Position numbers and translations under genes: made by a program. Shown here one piece after another: positions 18,794-28,598 of a DNA stretch of 64,000 nucleotides. This DNA is from Alphaproteobacteria bacterium (GTDB taxonomy: Bacteria; Pseudomonadota; Alphaproteobacteria; Bin95). Position 1 is the first letter of the stretch. Every line of letters begins with the position of its first letter. The notes beneath the pieces were generated by a model, which saw only the letters and a program-made list of their open reading frames with translations, did not search any database and was not told where the DNA came from. The DNA lies in contig CBDBGH010000003.1 of the NCBI GenBank assembly GCA_965205265.1, positions 608,001 to 672,000 of the forward strand, given 5' to 3'.

Positions 18794-19075
18794 ATGAGAG
18801 AATACGTTCCTGTCACATCCGGGAAAGGCTGCCCAGCCGCAAACTCGACCCCGACGGACAAGCTTCCGACTTATCGAAAGCCGAAGCTTGAACGACTCCG
18901 GTGCGAGGTTCGGATTGGACTTGCCGATCTGGAGGCAGGCAGGGTTGTAGACGGCAGTCAAGCATTCGAGGCTATCCGGCACGAACTTGGTGAACGACTT
19001 GCTGCGTCGATGGTTCGTAGCCTGCGCCGGCGGCTCGGAGCCCTCGGTGCGCGGTTGCTCCCCCGGCGCTGGTAA
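18794..19075 (+). pseudogene. ParD-like antitoxin C-terminal fragment
   Basis: 'KLERLRCEVRIGLADLEAGRVVDG..AFEAIR' resembles a ParD C-terminus; no RHH N-terminus and no toxin. Confidence 0.5.
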
Positions 19076-19091
19076 GGAAGAGGCGGCGGAG

Positions 19092-19790
19092 ATGTTGCGC
19101 CTGTTCGTCGATGCCGATCTCCGCGAGGGAGCGTCCGTTCCGTTGGACGGCGGGCAGGCGGCGTGGCTCGGCCGCGTGATGCGGCGGCGGGCGGGCGAGC
19201 GGCTTGCGCTCTTCAACGGCCGGGACGGGGAGTGGGAAGCGGAGATCGCGGCGCTGGAGCGCGGCTCGGGACGGGCGGCCGTGCTGCGGCGGCTTCGTCC
19301 CCAGGCCGCGTCGCCCGATATCTGGCTCGCCTTCGCCCCGGCCAAGCGCGGCATGGCGGACCTCGCCGTGCGCCAGGCGACGGAGCTCGGCGCCGCGCGC
19401 ATTCTGCCTGTCGTAACGGAGCGCAGCGTGGTGGACCGGCTCAATCCCGAACGCCTCGGCCGCATCGCCGTCGAGGCGGCGGAACAGTGCGGGCGGCTCG
19501 ATGTGCCGGCCGTCGCGCCGCTCGCTGCCCTGCGAGACCTGCTGGCGGCATGGCCGGCGGAGCGGCCGCTCGCGGCCTGCCATCCGGGCGGCGGCGCGAT
19601 GCGGGACGGACCCCCGCCCGGCGGCTTTTTGCTCGGGCCGGAAGGCGGCTTTGCAGCGGCGGAACTTGACGCTTTGGCCGAAACCGGTTTCGTTCGCCTG
19701 GTCGATCTCGGCCCGCGAATCCTGCGGGCGGAAACGGCGGTCGTGGCCGCGCTCTCCATGCGGCAGGCGATTTGGGGAGACGGAGCGTGA
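19092..19790 (+). CDS. rsmE: 16S rRNA (uracil1498-N3) methyltransferase
   Basis: 'LFNGRDGEW', 'QATELGA', 'EAAEQCGR', 'GPEGGF', 'LGPRILRAETA'. Confidence 0.95.
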   Translation: MLRLFVDADLREGASVPLDGGQAAWLGRVMRRRAGERLALFNGRDGEWEAEIAALERGSGRAAVLRRLRPQAASPDIWLAFAPAKRGMADLAVRQATELGAARILPVVTERSVVDRLNPERLGRIAVEAAEQCGRLDVPAVAPLAALRDLLAAWPAERPLAACHPGGGAMRDGPPPGGFLLGPEGGFAAAELDALAETGFVRLVDLGPRILRAETAVVAALSMRQAIWGDGA

Positions 19791-19806
19791 GGCGAGGGAG
19801 CGGCCG

Positions 19807-21171
19807 ATGGCGGCGGTGGCGGTAGAAGCGGAAGGCGCGATAGAGGACCGCCGCGAGCTCGTGGAATGGTTCGAGCAGGGCTGCAAGCCGCCGGAGGACT
19901 GGCGCTGCGGCACCGAGCACGAGAAATTCGTCTTCCGGCGGTCGGACCTTACCCGCCCCGGCTATGACGGCCCGGACGGCATCGGCGAACTGCTGCGCCG
20001 GCTGGAAGCGTTCGGCTGGAAGCCAAAGCGCGAGGCCGGCAAGACCATCGCGCTTGCCATGGATGCGGCCAGCATCACCCTGGAGCCGGGCGGGCAGTTC
20101 GAGCTTTCCGGCGCGCCGCTGGAGACCGTCCACCAGACCTGCGACGAGGTGCACGACCACCTCGACCAGTGCCGGCAGGTGGGCGACGCGATGGGGCTCG
20201 GCTTCCTCGGCCTCGGCTTCGACCCGAAATGGCGCCGGGAGGACATTCCCTGGATGCCGAAGGGCCGCTACGCCGTGATGCGCCGCTACATGCCGACGGT
20301 CGGCTCGCTCGGCCTCGACATGATGCTCAGGACCTGCACCGTGCAGGTGAACCTCGACTATACCGACGAAGCCGACATGGTGGACAAGTTCCGCCTGTCG
20401 CTTGCGCTCCAGCCGCTGACGACCGTGCTGTTCGCCGACTCGCCCTTCAAGGAGGGCAGGCCGACGGACCATGTGAGCCTCCGCTCGCATGTCTGGACGG
20501 ACACCGACCCTGACCGCTGCGGCATGCTGGGCTTCGTCTTCGAGGAGGGCTTCGGCTTCGAGCGCTACGCCGAATATTGCCTCGATGTGCCGATGTATTT
20601 CGTCTATCGCGACGGCCGCTATATCGACGTGGCGGGCCGGTCGTTCCGCGATTTCCTCGAAGGGCGGCTGCCGGAGCTGCCGGGCGAGCGCCCGCATATC
20701 GGCGACTGGTCGGACCATGTGACGACCGCCTTCCCGGAAGTGCGGATGAAACGCTATCTGGAGCTGCGCGGCGCGGACGGTGGACCGTGGGGGCGCCTCT
20801 GCGGGCTGCCGGCGCTCTGGATCGGCCTGCTTTACGACGGCGCGGCGCGGGCCGCCGGCTGGGACCTCTGCAAGCACTGGACGGACGAGGAGCGCGAACG
20901 GCTGCGCGCCGAGGCGCCGCGCATCGGCTTCGCCGCCGAGGTCGGGGGCCGCTCGCTCCGCGACATCGCGAAGGACATGGTCGCCATCGCCCGGCAGGGG
21001 CTGAAGGCGCGCGCGCGTCTCGACGGGGCCGGCAATGACGAGACCGGCTTCCTCTCCGACCTGGAGGAGATCGCGGAAAGCGGCATCACCGCCGCCGAAC
21101 GCAAGCGCGCGCTGTTCGAGGGCCGCTGGGGCGGCAGGGTCGAGCCCGTATTCGAGGAGTTCGCATATTGA
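19807..21171 (+). CDS. gshA: Glutamate--cysteine ligase (alphaproteobacterial/plant type)
   Basis: 'GTEHEKF', 'LEPGGQFELSGAP', 'MLRTCTVQVNLD', 'FPEVRMKRYLELRGADGG'. Confidence 0.95.
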   Translation: MAAVAVEAEGAIEDRRELVEWFEQGCKPPEDWRCGTEHEKFVFRRSDLTRPGYDGPDGIGELLRRLEAFGWKPKREAGKTIALAMDAASITLEPGGQFELSGAPLETVHQTCDEVHDHLDQCRQVGDAMGLGFLGLGFDPKWRREDIPWMPKGRYAVMRRYMPTVGSLGLDMMLRTCTVQVNLDYTDEADMVDKFRLSLALQPLTTVLFADSPFKEGRPTDHVSLRSHVWTDTDPDRCGMLGFVFEEGFGFERYAEYCLDVPMYFVYRDGRYIDVAGRSFRDFLEGRLPELPGERPHIGDWSDHVTTAFPEVRMKRYLELRGADGGPWGRLCGLPALWIGLLYDGAARAAGWDLCKHWTDEERERLRAEAPRIGFAAEVGGRSLRDIAKDMVAIARQGLKARARLDGAGNDETGFLSDLEEIAESGITAAERKRALFEGRWGGRVEPVFEEFAY

Positions 21172-21341
21172 CCGACGATCCGCGCGCAAAAGCCGCCGGC
21201 CTCGACCACCTGAAGGGCGAGGACAGGGCCGCTCTCGACGCCGGCACGAAGCTGGCCGACGAGCTGGCCGCCGCGCTGCCCCGCGACCACCATATGTATG
21301 AGGAGCCGGCGCTGACCTGGCGGCCGGAGCCCGGCCGGTGA
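21168..21341 (+). CDS. 57-aa protein, putative amidase accessory subunit (GatC/AtzG-like)
   Basis: GAGGAG RBS; TTGA overlap with the gshA stop and GTGA overlap with the amidase start; MTDDPRAKAAGLDHL...YEEPALTWRP; absent from the ORF track. Confidence 0.7.
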   Translation: MTDDPRAKAAGLDHLKGEDRAALDAGTKLADELAAALPRDHHMYEEPALTWRPEPGR

Positions 21342-22717
21342 CGGCGCTGCACTGGCTGACGCTCGCGGAGGCGGCGCGGGCGCTCCGCCGGCGGGAGCTT
21401 GGGGCGCTCGAATACACCGAGGCGCTGCTGGCGCGCATCGAGGCGGTCAACCCGAAGCTCGACGCCTTCGTCGCCCTGCTGGCGGACCGCGCCCGCGAGC
21501 GCGCCGCCGCGCTGGACGACGGCCCCGTGCGGGGCGCGCTGCATGGCGTGCCCTTCGGCCTCAAGGACATCATCGACGTGGCCGGCGTGCCGACCACGGC
21601 GCATTCGGCGGTGCTGAGGGACAATGTCGCGGCGAAGGACGCCGGCGTGACGCGCCGCCTGGAAGCGGCGGCGGGCGTGCTGCTCGGCAAGCTCTCGACG
21701 CATGAATTCGCCATTGGCGGCCCGAGCTTCGACCTGCCCTGGCCGCCGGCCCGCAACCCCTGGAACACGGACTGCCATCCGGGCGGCTCGTCCTCCGGGT
21801 CCGGGGCGGGCGTGGCGGCGGGGCTCTTCCCGCTGGCGCTCGGCACGGACACGGGCGGTTCGGTGCGCAACCCGGCGTCCTGCTGCGGCATTGTCGGCAT
21901 GAAGGCGACATACGGGCGGGTGAGCCGGGCGGGTGTGGTGCCGCTCTCCTGGTCGATGGACCATATCGGCCCGATGACCCGCACGGTCGGGGACAATGCG
22001 CTGGCGCTGGAAGTGCTGGCCGGTTTCGACCCGGACGATCCGGCAAGCGCCAACGAGCCGGTGCCCTCCTACACGGCCGGGCTGGAACGGGGCGTGAAGG
22101 GCATGAAGGTCGGCCATGTCCGCCGCTGGCACGAGGACGACATGCCGGCCGCGCCGGAGATGCGCGCCGCCATAGACGACGCGCTCCGCGTGCTGGAAGG
22201 CGAGGGCGCGGAGATCGTCGAGGTCGATCCCGGCCCGCTGCAGGACTATTCGCGGGTGAACCGCATCGTCCTCTGGGCGGAGGCCTGGTCGATCCACGAG
22301 CGCTGGCTGAAGGAGAAGCCCGAAGCCTATGGACGCTTCGGCCGCGAACGGCTGATCGCGGGCGCCTATCTCTCCGCCGGCGACTATCTCCGCGCGCTCA
22401 GGCAGCGGGGCCGCTGCACAGAGCGCATGTCGGAGGCGCTCGCCGGCGTGGATGTGCTGGTCTGCGCGTCCAGCATGGAGCCCGCCTGCGCCATCGAGGA
22501 CGAGGCGGAAGTGCTGCGCACCTATTCGCGCCAGGCGCGCCAGCCCTTCAATGTCACCGGCCATCCGGCGCTCGCCGTGCCGGCGGGCTTCTCTTCCGCC
22601 GGCATGCCGCTGTCGTTCCAGATTGCCGGCCGGAATTTCGACGAGGCCACGATCTACCGCGCCGCCCGCGCCTATGAGCGCGCAACCGGCTGGCCGGACC
22701 GCCATCCGGACCTCTGA
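21338..22717 (+). CDS. Amidase signature family enzyme
   Basis: 'GLKD', 'GGSSSGS', 'GTDTGGSVRNPA' (Ser-cisSer-Lys triad). Confidence 0.93.
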   Translation: MTALHWLTLAEAARALRRRELGALEYTEALLARIEAVNPKLDAFVALLADRARERAAALDDGPVRGALHGVPFGLKDIIDVAGVPTTAHSAVLRDNVAAKDAGVTRRLEAAAGVLLGKLSTHEFAIGGPSFDLPWPPARNPWNTDCHPGGSSSGSGAGVAAGLFPLALGTDTGGSVRNPASCCGIVGMKATYGRVSRAGVVPLSWSMDHIGPMTRTVGDNALALEVLAGFDPDDPASANEPVPSYTAGLERGVKGMKVGHVRRWHEDDMPAAPEMRAAIDDALRVLEGEGAEIVEVDPGPLQDYSRVNRIVLWAEAWSIHERWLKEKPEAYGRFGRERLIAGAYLSAGDYLRALRQRGRCTERMSEALAGVDVLVCASSMEPACAIEDEAEVLRTYSRQARQPFNVTGHPALAVPAGFSSAGMPLSFQIAGRNFDEATIYRAARAYERATGWPDRHPDL

Positions 22718-22758
22718 CCCGGAAGGCGGGAGGGCGGCGCAAGAGGAGGGACGGACCC

Positions 22759-23364
22759 ATGGAGGCGCTGCTGGTTGTGGATGTGCAGAACGATTTCTGC
22801 ACGGGCGGGGCGCTCGCGGTGCCGGGCGGCGAGGCGGTCGTGCCCGGCATCAACCGGCTCTGGGACGGCTATGCCTGCAAGGTGCTGACCCAGGACTGGC
22901 ACCCGCCGGGCCATGCCTCCTTCGCCAGCAGCCATGAGGGCAAGCGGCCCTTCGATACCGGCCGGCTCGACTATGGCGAGCAGGTGCTCTGGCCGGACCA
23001 TTGCGTGCAGGGCACGCCCGGCGCGGCCTTCCATGCCGACCTGCGCACCGACGGCGCCGACCTCGTGCTGCGCAAGGGCTTCCGGCCGGGCATCGACAGC
23101 TATTCCGCCTTCTTCGAGAACGACCGCGAGACGCCGACCGGGCTCGCCGGCTATCTGCGCGAGCGCGGCGTCGGGCGGGTCGTGCTGACGGGCCTCGCAA
23201 CCGACTTCTGCGTCGGCTTCTCGGCGCTCGACGCGCTCGCCGCCGGCTTCGAGACCGTCGTGCTGGAAGACCTTTGCCGCGGCCTCGACATGGAGGGCTC
23301 GCTCGCCCGGATGCTGGACGATATACGCGCTGCCGGCGGGCGCATCGAACGCAGCCCTGCCTGA
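22759..23364 (+). CDS. pncA: Nicotinamidase/pyrazinamidase
   Basis: 'VDVQNDF', 'TQDWHP', 'WPDHCVQGT', 'GLATDFCV'. Confidence 0.95.
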   Translation: MEALLVVDVQNDFCTGGALAVPGGEAVVPGINRLWDGYACKVLTQDWHPPGHASFASSHEGKRPFDTGRLDYGEQVLWPDHCVQGTPGAAFHADLRTDGADLVLRKGFRPGIDSYSAFFENDRETPTGLAGYLRERGVGRVVLTGLATDFCVGFSALDALAAGFETVVLEDLCRGLDMEGSLARMLDDIRAAGGRIERSPA

Positions 23365-23431
23365 CGCATTGCCAAAGCCCGGCCGCATCCCAATCTGAAA
23401 GGGAGCGGAGGCGGGCGAAGCGGGAGGACAT

Positions 23432-24418
23432 ATGCGCGCGTTGATCGACCGGGGCGCGGGCTGGCTGACGACAGCGCGCGACCGTATCCGGATGCATGAC
23501 TGGCGCGGCTCCCGGCCCTGGCTCCGCTGGAGCCTCGTCGGCGTGGTGTCGTTCCTGCTGCTCTGGTACCCGGTCGGCATGGCGGTCTATACCCATATCG
23601 ACGACGATACGGGCTTCGAGCCGAGGCCGACCGCCTACGACGCCGGCGGCTCCAAGGCGGTGGCGACGGCGGCGGCCTTGGTCGAGCGGGAGATCGAACG
23701 CTGGGCGCCCAACAAGCCGTTCTGGCACCCGGCGGCGGCGCTCGACAACATGCCGAACTACCAGCTCGGCCTCATGTACGCCGTCTCGCGCTTCGCCATC
23801 GAGATGGGCGACCAGCTGGGCCGCACGCGCGGTTCGAGCGCCATCGACAAGGACCTCGACCGGGCCGCCGGCCTGCTGAAATACGACGGGCGCATCTGGT
23901 ATTGGGGCTCGGGCGGCCTGCTGCCCGTGGCCCCGGCGCAGCGGCAATACCAGAACGCCGCCGAGGCGCTCGCCCGCTACAATGAGCGCCTCGCCAACGG
24001 CGAGGCAACCTACGACCGTCGCGCCGACAACCTGATCGCCCTGCTCGACCGGGTGGGTGCGGACCTCGGCGCATCCAGCGCCGCGCTCGACAAGCGGGCT
24101 CTGGAGACCAATGCCGGCTGGTTCGACACCATCGCCGACGACCTGCTGTTCAACGTCAAGGGCCGGCTCTACGCCTATTACCTGCTGCTGCGCGACATCG
24201 GCACGGACTTCGACAAGGCCATCGCCGAGAAGCAAGCGAGCAAGATCTGGCAGCAGATGCTGGCGAGCCTCCGCCAGGGTGCGGAACTCTATCCGCTCCT
24301 GGTCTCCAACGGCTACGAGGACGGCTTCCTGATGCCCTCGCACCTCACCGCGCTAGGCTTCTACCTCCTCCGCGCCCGGACGCAGTTGAAGGAAGTGGCG
24401 GACGCGCTGTCGAAATAG
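23432..24418 (+). CDS. DUF2333 family protein
   Basis: N-terminal TM, 'LDNMPNYQLG', 'GRTRGSSAIDKDL', 'SHLTALGFYLLRA'. Confidence 0.85.
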   Translation: MRALIDRGAGWLTTARDRIRMHDWRGSRPWLRWSLVGVVSFLLLWYPVGMAVYTHIDDDTGFEPRPTAYDAGGSKAVATAAALVEREIERWAPNKPFWHPAAALDNMPNYQLGLMYAVSRFAIEMGDQLGRTRGSSAIDKDLDRAAGLLKYDGRIWYWGSGGLLPVAPAQRQYQNAAEALARYNERLANGEATYDRRADNLIALLDRVGADLGASSAALDKRALETNAGWFDTIADDLLFNVKGRLYAYYLLLRDIGTDFDKAIAEKQASKIWQQMLASLRQGAELYPLLVSNGYEDGFLMPSHLTALGFYLLRARTQLKEVADALSK

Positions 24419-24425
24419 AGCCGTC

Positions 24426-25193
24426 CTACCGCGGCGCGAGCCTTATCGCGCCGTCGAGGCGGATGGTTTCGCCGTTCATGTAGTCGTTGCGGACGATCTC
24501 CATGACGAGGGAGGCGAATTCGCGGTCGCGGCCGGTGCGCTTCGGGAAGGGCACCTGCTTGCCGAGCAGGTCCAGGGTCGAGTCCGGCAGGCCGGCGAGC
24601 AGCGGCGTGTCCATGATGCCGGGGGCTATGGTGCACACGCGCACGCCCCAACTGGCGAGGTCGCGCGCCGCCGGCAGCGTCATGCCGACAATGCCGGCCT
24701 TGGCCGACGCATAGGCGATCTGGCCGATCTGGCCCTCGTAACCGGCGACCGAGGCGGTGTTGACGACCACGCCGCGCAGGCCCTCGCCGTCCGCCGGCTC
24801 CAGCTTCGCCATGTCCTCGGCCGCCTGCGAGAGCACGTTGAAGGAGCCGAAGAGGCAGATATCGACGATGCGCTTGTAGTTCTCGAACGGGATGCGCCGG
24901 CCGTTGCGGTCCACGATGCGCTGCGAGCCGCCGACGCCGGCGCAATTGATGCAGATGCGGGCGATGCCGTGCGCCTCCCGGGCCGTGGCGATGGCGGCGG
25001 CCACCCCCTCCTCGCTCGTCACGTCGCAGGGCACCGCGAGCGCGCCGAGCTCCGCCGCAGTCTCCTCCGCGAGCGCCGCATTGCGGTCGAGCAGCGCCAC
25101 CCGCGCGCCCGCTTCCGCAAGCGCCGCCGCCGTTGCGCGCCCGAGGCCGGACGCCCCGCCGGTCACCAGCGCCGCTTCTCCCCTTGCTTCCAT
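24426..25193 (-). CDS. SDR oxidoreductase (3-hydroxyacyl-CoA dehydrogenase type II-like)
   Basis: 'TGGASGLG', 'NTASVAGYEGQIGQIAYASAK', 'NGETIRLDG'. Confidence 0.9.
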   Translation of the reverse strand: MEARGEAALVTGGASGLGRATAAALAEAGARVALLDRNAALAEETAAELGALAVPCDVTSEEGVAAAIATAREAHGIARICINCAGVGGSQRIVDRNGRRIPFENYKRIVDICLFGSFNVLSQAAEDMAKLEPADGEGLRGVVVNTASVAGYEGQIGQIAYASAKAGIVGMTLPAARDLASWGVRVCTIAPGIMDTPLLAGLPDSTLDLLGKQVPFPKRTGRDREFASLVMEIVRNDYMNGETIRLDGAIRLAPR

Positions 25194-25304
25194 CGGTCCG
25201 CCCCTCCCGTGTCCGGATGCCGGGCGCACTCTGCCATAGCGGGCCCCGGCTTTCGACGCCCTTGATTTCCGCGCGCCCTCGTCCATTATGCGCCCCTGCC
25301 GCGC

Positions 25305-25380
25305 GGCCCCTTCGTCTAGCGGTCCAGGACGCCGGCCTCTCACGCCGGAAACACGGGTTCGAGTCCCGTAGGGGTCACCA
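25305..25380 (+). tRNA. tRNA-Glu (CTC)
   Basis: Acceptor stem GGCCCCT/AGGGGTC, anticodon arm CCGGC-CTCTCAC-GCCGG, T-loop GTTCGAG, encoded CCA. Confidence 0.96.
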
Positions 25381-25427
25381 GAGCCGCCGGAAGCGGCTGC
25401 CGCGGAACGGCGTCCCTGAACATCGAA

Positions 25428-25447
25428 GGGCGGGCCGAAGCCCGCCC
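25428..25447. terminator. GC hairpin between the convergent tRNA and ABC operon
   Basis: GGGCGGGC-CGAA-GCCCGCCC perfect stem; no clear U-tract. Confidence 0.45.
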
Positions 25448-25458
25448 CCGAAGCGGCC

Positions 25459-26448
25459 CTATTTCAGGGCTTCGTCGGTGATCGCATGCGTCCAGGCGCC
25501 TTCCGGAGCCCTGGTGATCACCGGGTCCGAGCCGCCTTTCAGCAGCGTCTCGACGGTGCGCTCGTAATCGGCGGGGTTCAGCGCGCCGCTGCTGCCGGCG
25601 GTCAGCTTCGCGATCTCGCCCATCATGCGCTTCTGGTGCTTCTCGGTCTGGGCGCCGGTCGCGTCGTTCTCCAGCACGATCTCGGCGGCGGCGTCCGGGT
25701 TCGCCTCGGCCCATTTCCAGCCCTTCATCGAGGCGCGCACGAAGCGGACCATCCTGTCCTTGAACGCGGCGTCTTCGAGCGCGGATTCGAGCACGTAGAT
25801 GCCGTCCTCCAAGGTGGCGACGCCCTGGTCCTCATATTTGAAAACCACGAGGTCGTCGGCCGAGAGGCCGGCGTCGATGACCTGCCAGTATTCGTTGTAG
25901 GTCATGGTCGAGATGCAGGCGGCCTGGCCCTGCAGAATCGGATCGACGTTGAAGCCCTGCTTGAGCACGGTCACGCCTTCCGCGCTGCCGTCGGTCGGGA
26001 TGCCGAGCTGGCTCATCCAGGACAGGAAGGGGTATTCGTTGCCGAAGAACCAGACGCCGATGGTCTTGCCCCGGAAGTCCGCCGGCGTCTTGATGCCGGT
26101 GTCCTTGCGGCAGGTCAGCATCATGCCAGAGCGCTTGAAGGGCTGGGCGATGTTGACCAGCGGCAGGCCCTTCTCGCGGGTGGCGAGCGCCGAGGGCATC
26201 CAGTCGAGGATCACGTCGGCGCCGCCGCCGGCCAGCACCTGGGGAGGCGCGATGTCCGGGCCGCCGGCCTTGATTTCGACCTCCAGCCCTTCCTCGGCGT
26301 AGAAGCCCTTGTCGGCGGCCACGTAGTAGCCGGCGAACTGGGCCTGCGTGACCCACTTCAACTGGAGCGTGACCTTGTCGGCGGCCTGCGCAAGGCCGGC
26401 CGACAGGGCGAACATCGCCGCCGCTGCAAAGATTGCTGTCCTTCTCAT
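25459..26448 (-). CDS. ABC substrate-binding protein, NMT1/THI5 family (pyrimidine uptake)
   Basis: Signal peptide, 'LQLKWVTQAQFAGYYVA'; operon context. Confidence 0.9.
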   Translation of the reverse strand: MRRTAIFAAAAMFALSAGLAQAADKVTLQLKWVTQAQFAGYYVAADKGFYAEEGLEVEIKAGGPDIAPPQVLAGGGADVILDWMPSALATREKGLPLVNIAQPFKRSGMMLTCRKDTGIKTPADFRGKTIGVWFFGNEYPFLSWMSQLGIPTDGSAEGVTVLKQGFNVDPILQGQAACISTMTYNEYWQVIDAGLSADDLVVFKYEDQGVATLEDGIYVLESALEDAAFKDRMVRFVRASMKGWKWAEANPDAAAEIVLENDATGAQTEKHQKRMMGEIAKLTAGSSGALNPADYERTVETLLKGGSDPVITRAPEGAWTHAITDEALK

Positions 26449-26484
26449 GTCGCTCTCCCTGGCAATGAAGCGTTGCGGTTGCCG

Positions 26485-27321
26485 CTATCCCCGGATCGAC
26501 GGATGCCAATGGGTGACCGTCCGCTCGACCAGCGTGACGCAACCATAGAATGCCGATCCCGCGAAGGCCGCAACTGCAATCTCGGCCCAGACCATGTCGA
26601 GCGCCATGCGGCCGATCTCGGTCGAGATGCGGAAGCCCATCCCCACAATCGGCGTCCCGAAAAATTCTGCAACGATGGCGCCGATCAGCGCAAGCGTGGT
26701 GCAGATCTTCAGCCCGTTGAAAATGAAGGGGCAGGCCGCGGGCAGGCGCAGCTTCCAGAGCGTCTGCCAGTAGCCCGCCGCATAGGTGCGCATCAGGTCC
26801 CGCTGCATGGGCTCGGCCATGCGCAGCCCCTCTATGGTGTTCACCAGCATCGGGAAGAAGCACATCACCACGACCACGGCGGCCTTGGACTGCCAGTCGA
26901 AGCCGAACCACATCACCATGATGGGCGCGATGCCGACGATGGGCAGGGCCGCGGCGAGATTGCCCATGGGCAGGAGGCCCCGTTGCAGGAACGGCGACCG
27001 GTCCACGGCGACCGCCATCAGGAACGCCGCCCCGCAGCCCATGACGTAGCCCGGCAGCACCGAGCGGATCACCGTCTGCACGAAATCCGCCCAGAGGACC
27101 GGCAGGTTGCCCGCGAACGCCCCGGAGATCGCGGAGGGCGCCGGCAGGATGACCGCCGGCACGTCCAGCCCGCGGACCAGCCCCTCCCAGATCGCCAGCA
27201 GCGAGATGCCGAAGACCGCGGGCACCAGCAGGCGCGTCGCCCGGCCCGTCCGCCGCACGAGCAGAATGTTGGCGGCCCAGCCCCCGAGCCATGCGGCAAT
27301 GGCGGCGAGAATCCAGCTCAT
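26485..27321 (-). CDS. ABC transporter permease
   Basis: 'LRLPAACPFIFNGLKI...GAIVAEF' EAA-type loop. Confidence 0.9.
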   Translation of the reverse strand: MSWILAAIAAWLGGWAANILLVRRTGRATRLLVPAVFGISLLAIWEGLVRGLDVPAVILPAPSAISGAFAGNLPVLWADFVQTVIRSVLPGYVMGCGAAFLMAVAVDRSPFLQRGLLPMGNLAAALPIVGIAPIMVMWFGFDWQSKAAVVVVMCFFPMLVNTIEGLRMAEPMQRDLMRTYAAGYWQTLWKLRLPAACPFIFNGLKICTTLALIGAIVAEFFGTPIVGMGFRISTEIGRMALDMVWAEIAVAAFAGSAFYGCVTLVERTVTHWHPSIRG

Positions 27322-28181
27322 CGCGCCTGCCCCGTCCGGCCGAGCACCGCGCGCTGCGCCGCCCCGATGGCGCCCACCATCAGCGCCGCGCAGATCGCGG
27401 CGCCGAAGAGTGCCGACCAGATAATGAGCACCTGGCCGTAATAGCTGCCGTTCAGCATCCGCGCCCCGAAGCCGCCCTGGCTGCCGGTGGGCAGCTCCCC
27501 GATGATCGCGCCGACGAGCGCAATGGCGATGGCGACCTTCAGCGACGCGAAGAGATAGGGCAGCGAGGACGGCCAGCGCAGCTTCCAGAAAACCTGCCAG
27601 GCGGATGCATTGTAGGTGCGCATCAGGTCGAGCTGCATGTCGTCGGGCGCGCGCAGCCCCTTCACCATGCCGACCGCCACCGGGAAGAAGCTGAGATAGG
27701 CCGAGATCGCGGCCTTCGCGACGAGGCCGGAGATGCCGACATTGTAGAGCACCACGATAATCATCGGCGCGACCGCCAGAATGGGCACGGTCTGGCTGGA
27801 GATGACCCAGGGCATGACGGAGAGGTCCATCGCCCGGTTGTGGACGATCCCGACGGCCAGCAGGATTCCGAGGCCGACGCCCATGACGAAGCCCAGCAGG
27901 GTCGCCGACAGTGTGATCCAGCCGTGATAGACGAGGCTTCTCTTTGACGTGATGCGCTTTTCGACCGTGGTCTTCCAGATCTCCACGGCGACCTGGTGCG
28001 GCGCGGGCAGGACGGGGCGGTCCTGGGACATGGTGGCGGGGAGGATTTCCGCCCAGCCGATCTCGACGCCCGCGCGGGCGGCCTGGTCGCGTTCCCATTT
28101 GGCGTTCAGGAAAACGGCCCCGACATACCAGACGGCCACGATGGCCAGGCAGATCGCCGCGATGGGAACGATGCTGCGCAT
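27318..28181 (-). CDS. ABC transporter permease
   Basis: 'LRWPSSLPYLFASLKVA...GAIIGEL'. Confidence 0.9.
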   Translation of the reverse strand: MRSIVPIAAICLAIVAVWYVGAVFLNAKWERDQAARAGVEIGWAEILPATMSQDRPVLPAPHQVAVEIWKTTVEKRITSKRSLVYHGWITLSATLLGFVMGVGLGILLAVGIVHNRAMDLSVMPWVISSQTVPILAVAPMIIVVLYNVGISGLVAKAAISAYLSFFPVAVGMVKGLRAPDDMQLDLMRTYNASAWQVFWKLRWPSSLPYLFASLKVAIAIALVGAIIGELPTGSQGGFGARMLNGSYYGQVLIIWSALFGAAICAALMVGAIGAAQRAVLGRTGQAR

Positions 28182-28221
28182 CAGCCCCGCCGCGCTGCCG
28201 GCCGGAATGCCGCGCCGGCCG

Positions 28222-28584
28222 CATTGCTGTCCGGTTCAGCCATTGGGTGAGGCTGAACGGGAGTCCGCGGGGGGTTTCGGGGGCGCGCGGCGTCTGCGAT
28301 CCGCCCCTTGCCCGTGAGGCTCGAACGCCCCCTTTCGGCAGGCTCGGGGCAGGCTCTTTCGTCATGCCCGGACTTGTTCCGGGTATCCATACGGCCGCCC
28401 GGCGGAGCCGCTTGAGAGAGATACCCGGAACAAGTCCGGGCATGACGATATGGGGGTCGGGCATGACGACTTGGGGGCCGGGCCGCCGGGCGTCGATCCG
28501 GGTCCCGATCCCGCCGAACCCCTCGAAACCCGGTTGAATCCAGGCCATGCGCCCTGCCCGCAAATCCTGAACCGGACAGCAATG
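28222..28584. mobile_element. MITE family B with nested REP pair and 9-bp TSD
   Basis: Perfect TIR CATTGCTGTCCGGTTCAG / CTGAACCGGACAGCAATG; TSD CGCCGGCCG at 28213-28221 and 28585-28593; REP pair at about 28361-28446. Confidence 0.88.
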
Positions 28585-28598
28585 CGCCGGCCGCTGCC

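Noticed and set aside
25305-25460. tRNA-Glu as an island integration site
   Set aside because: No adjacent integrase, no duplicated tRNA 3' end noticed, and flanking genes have host-like composition.
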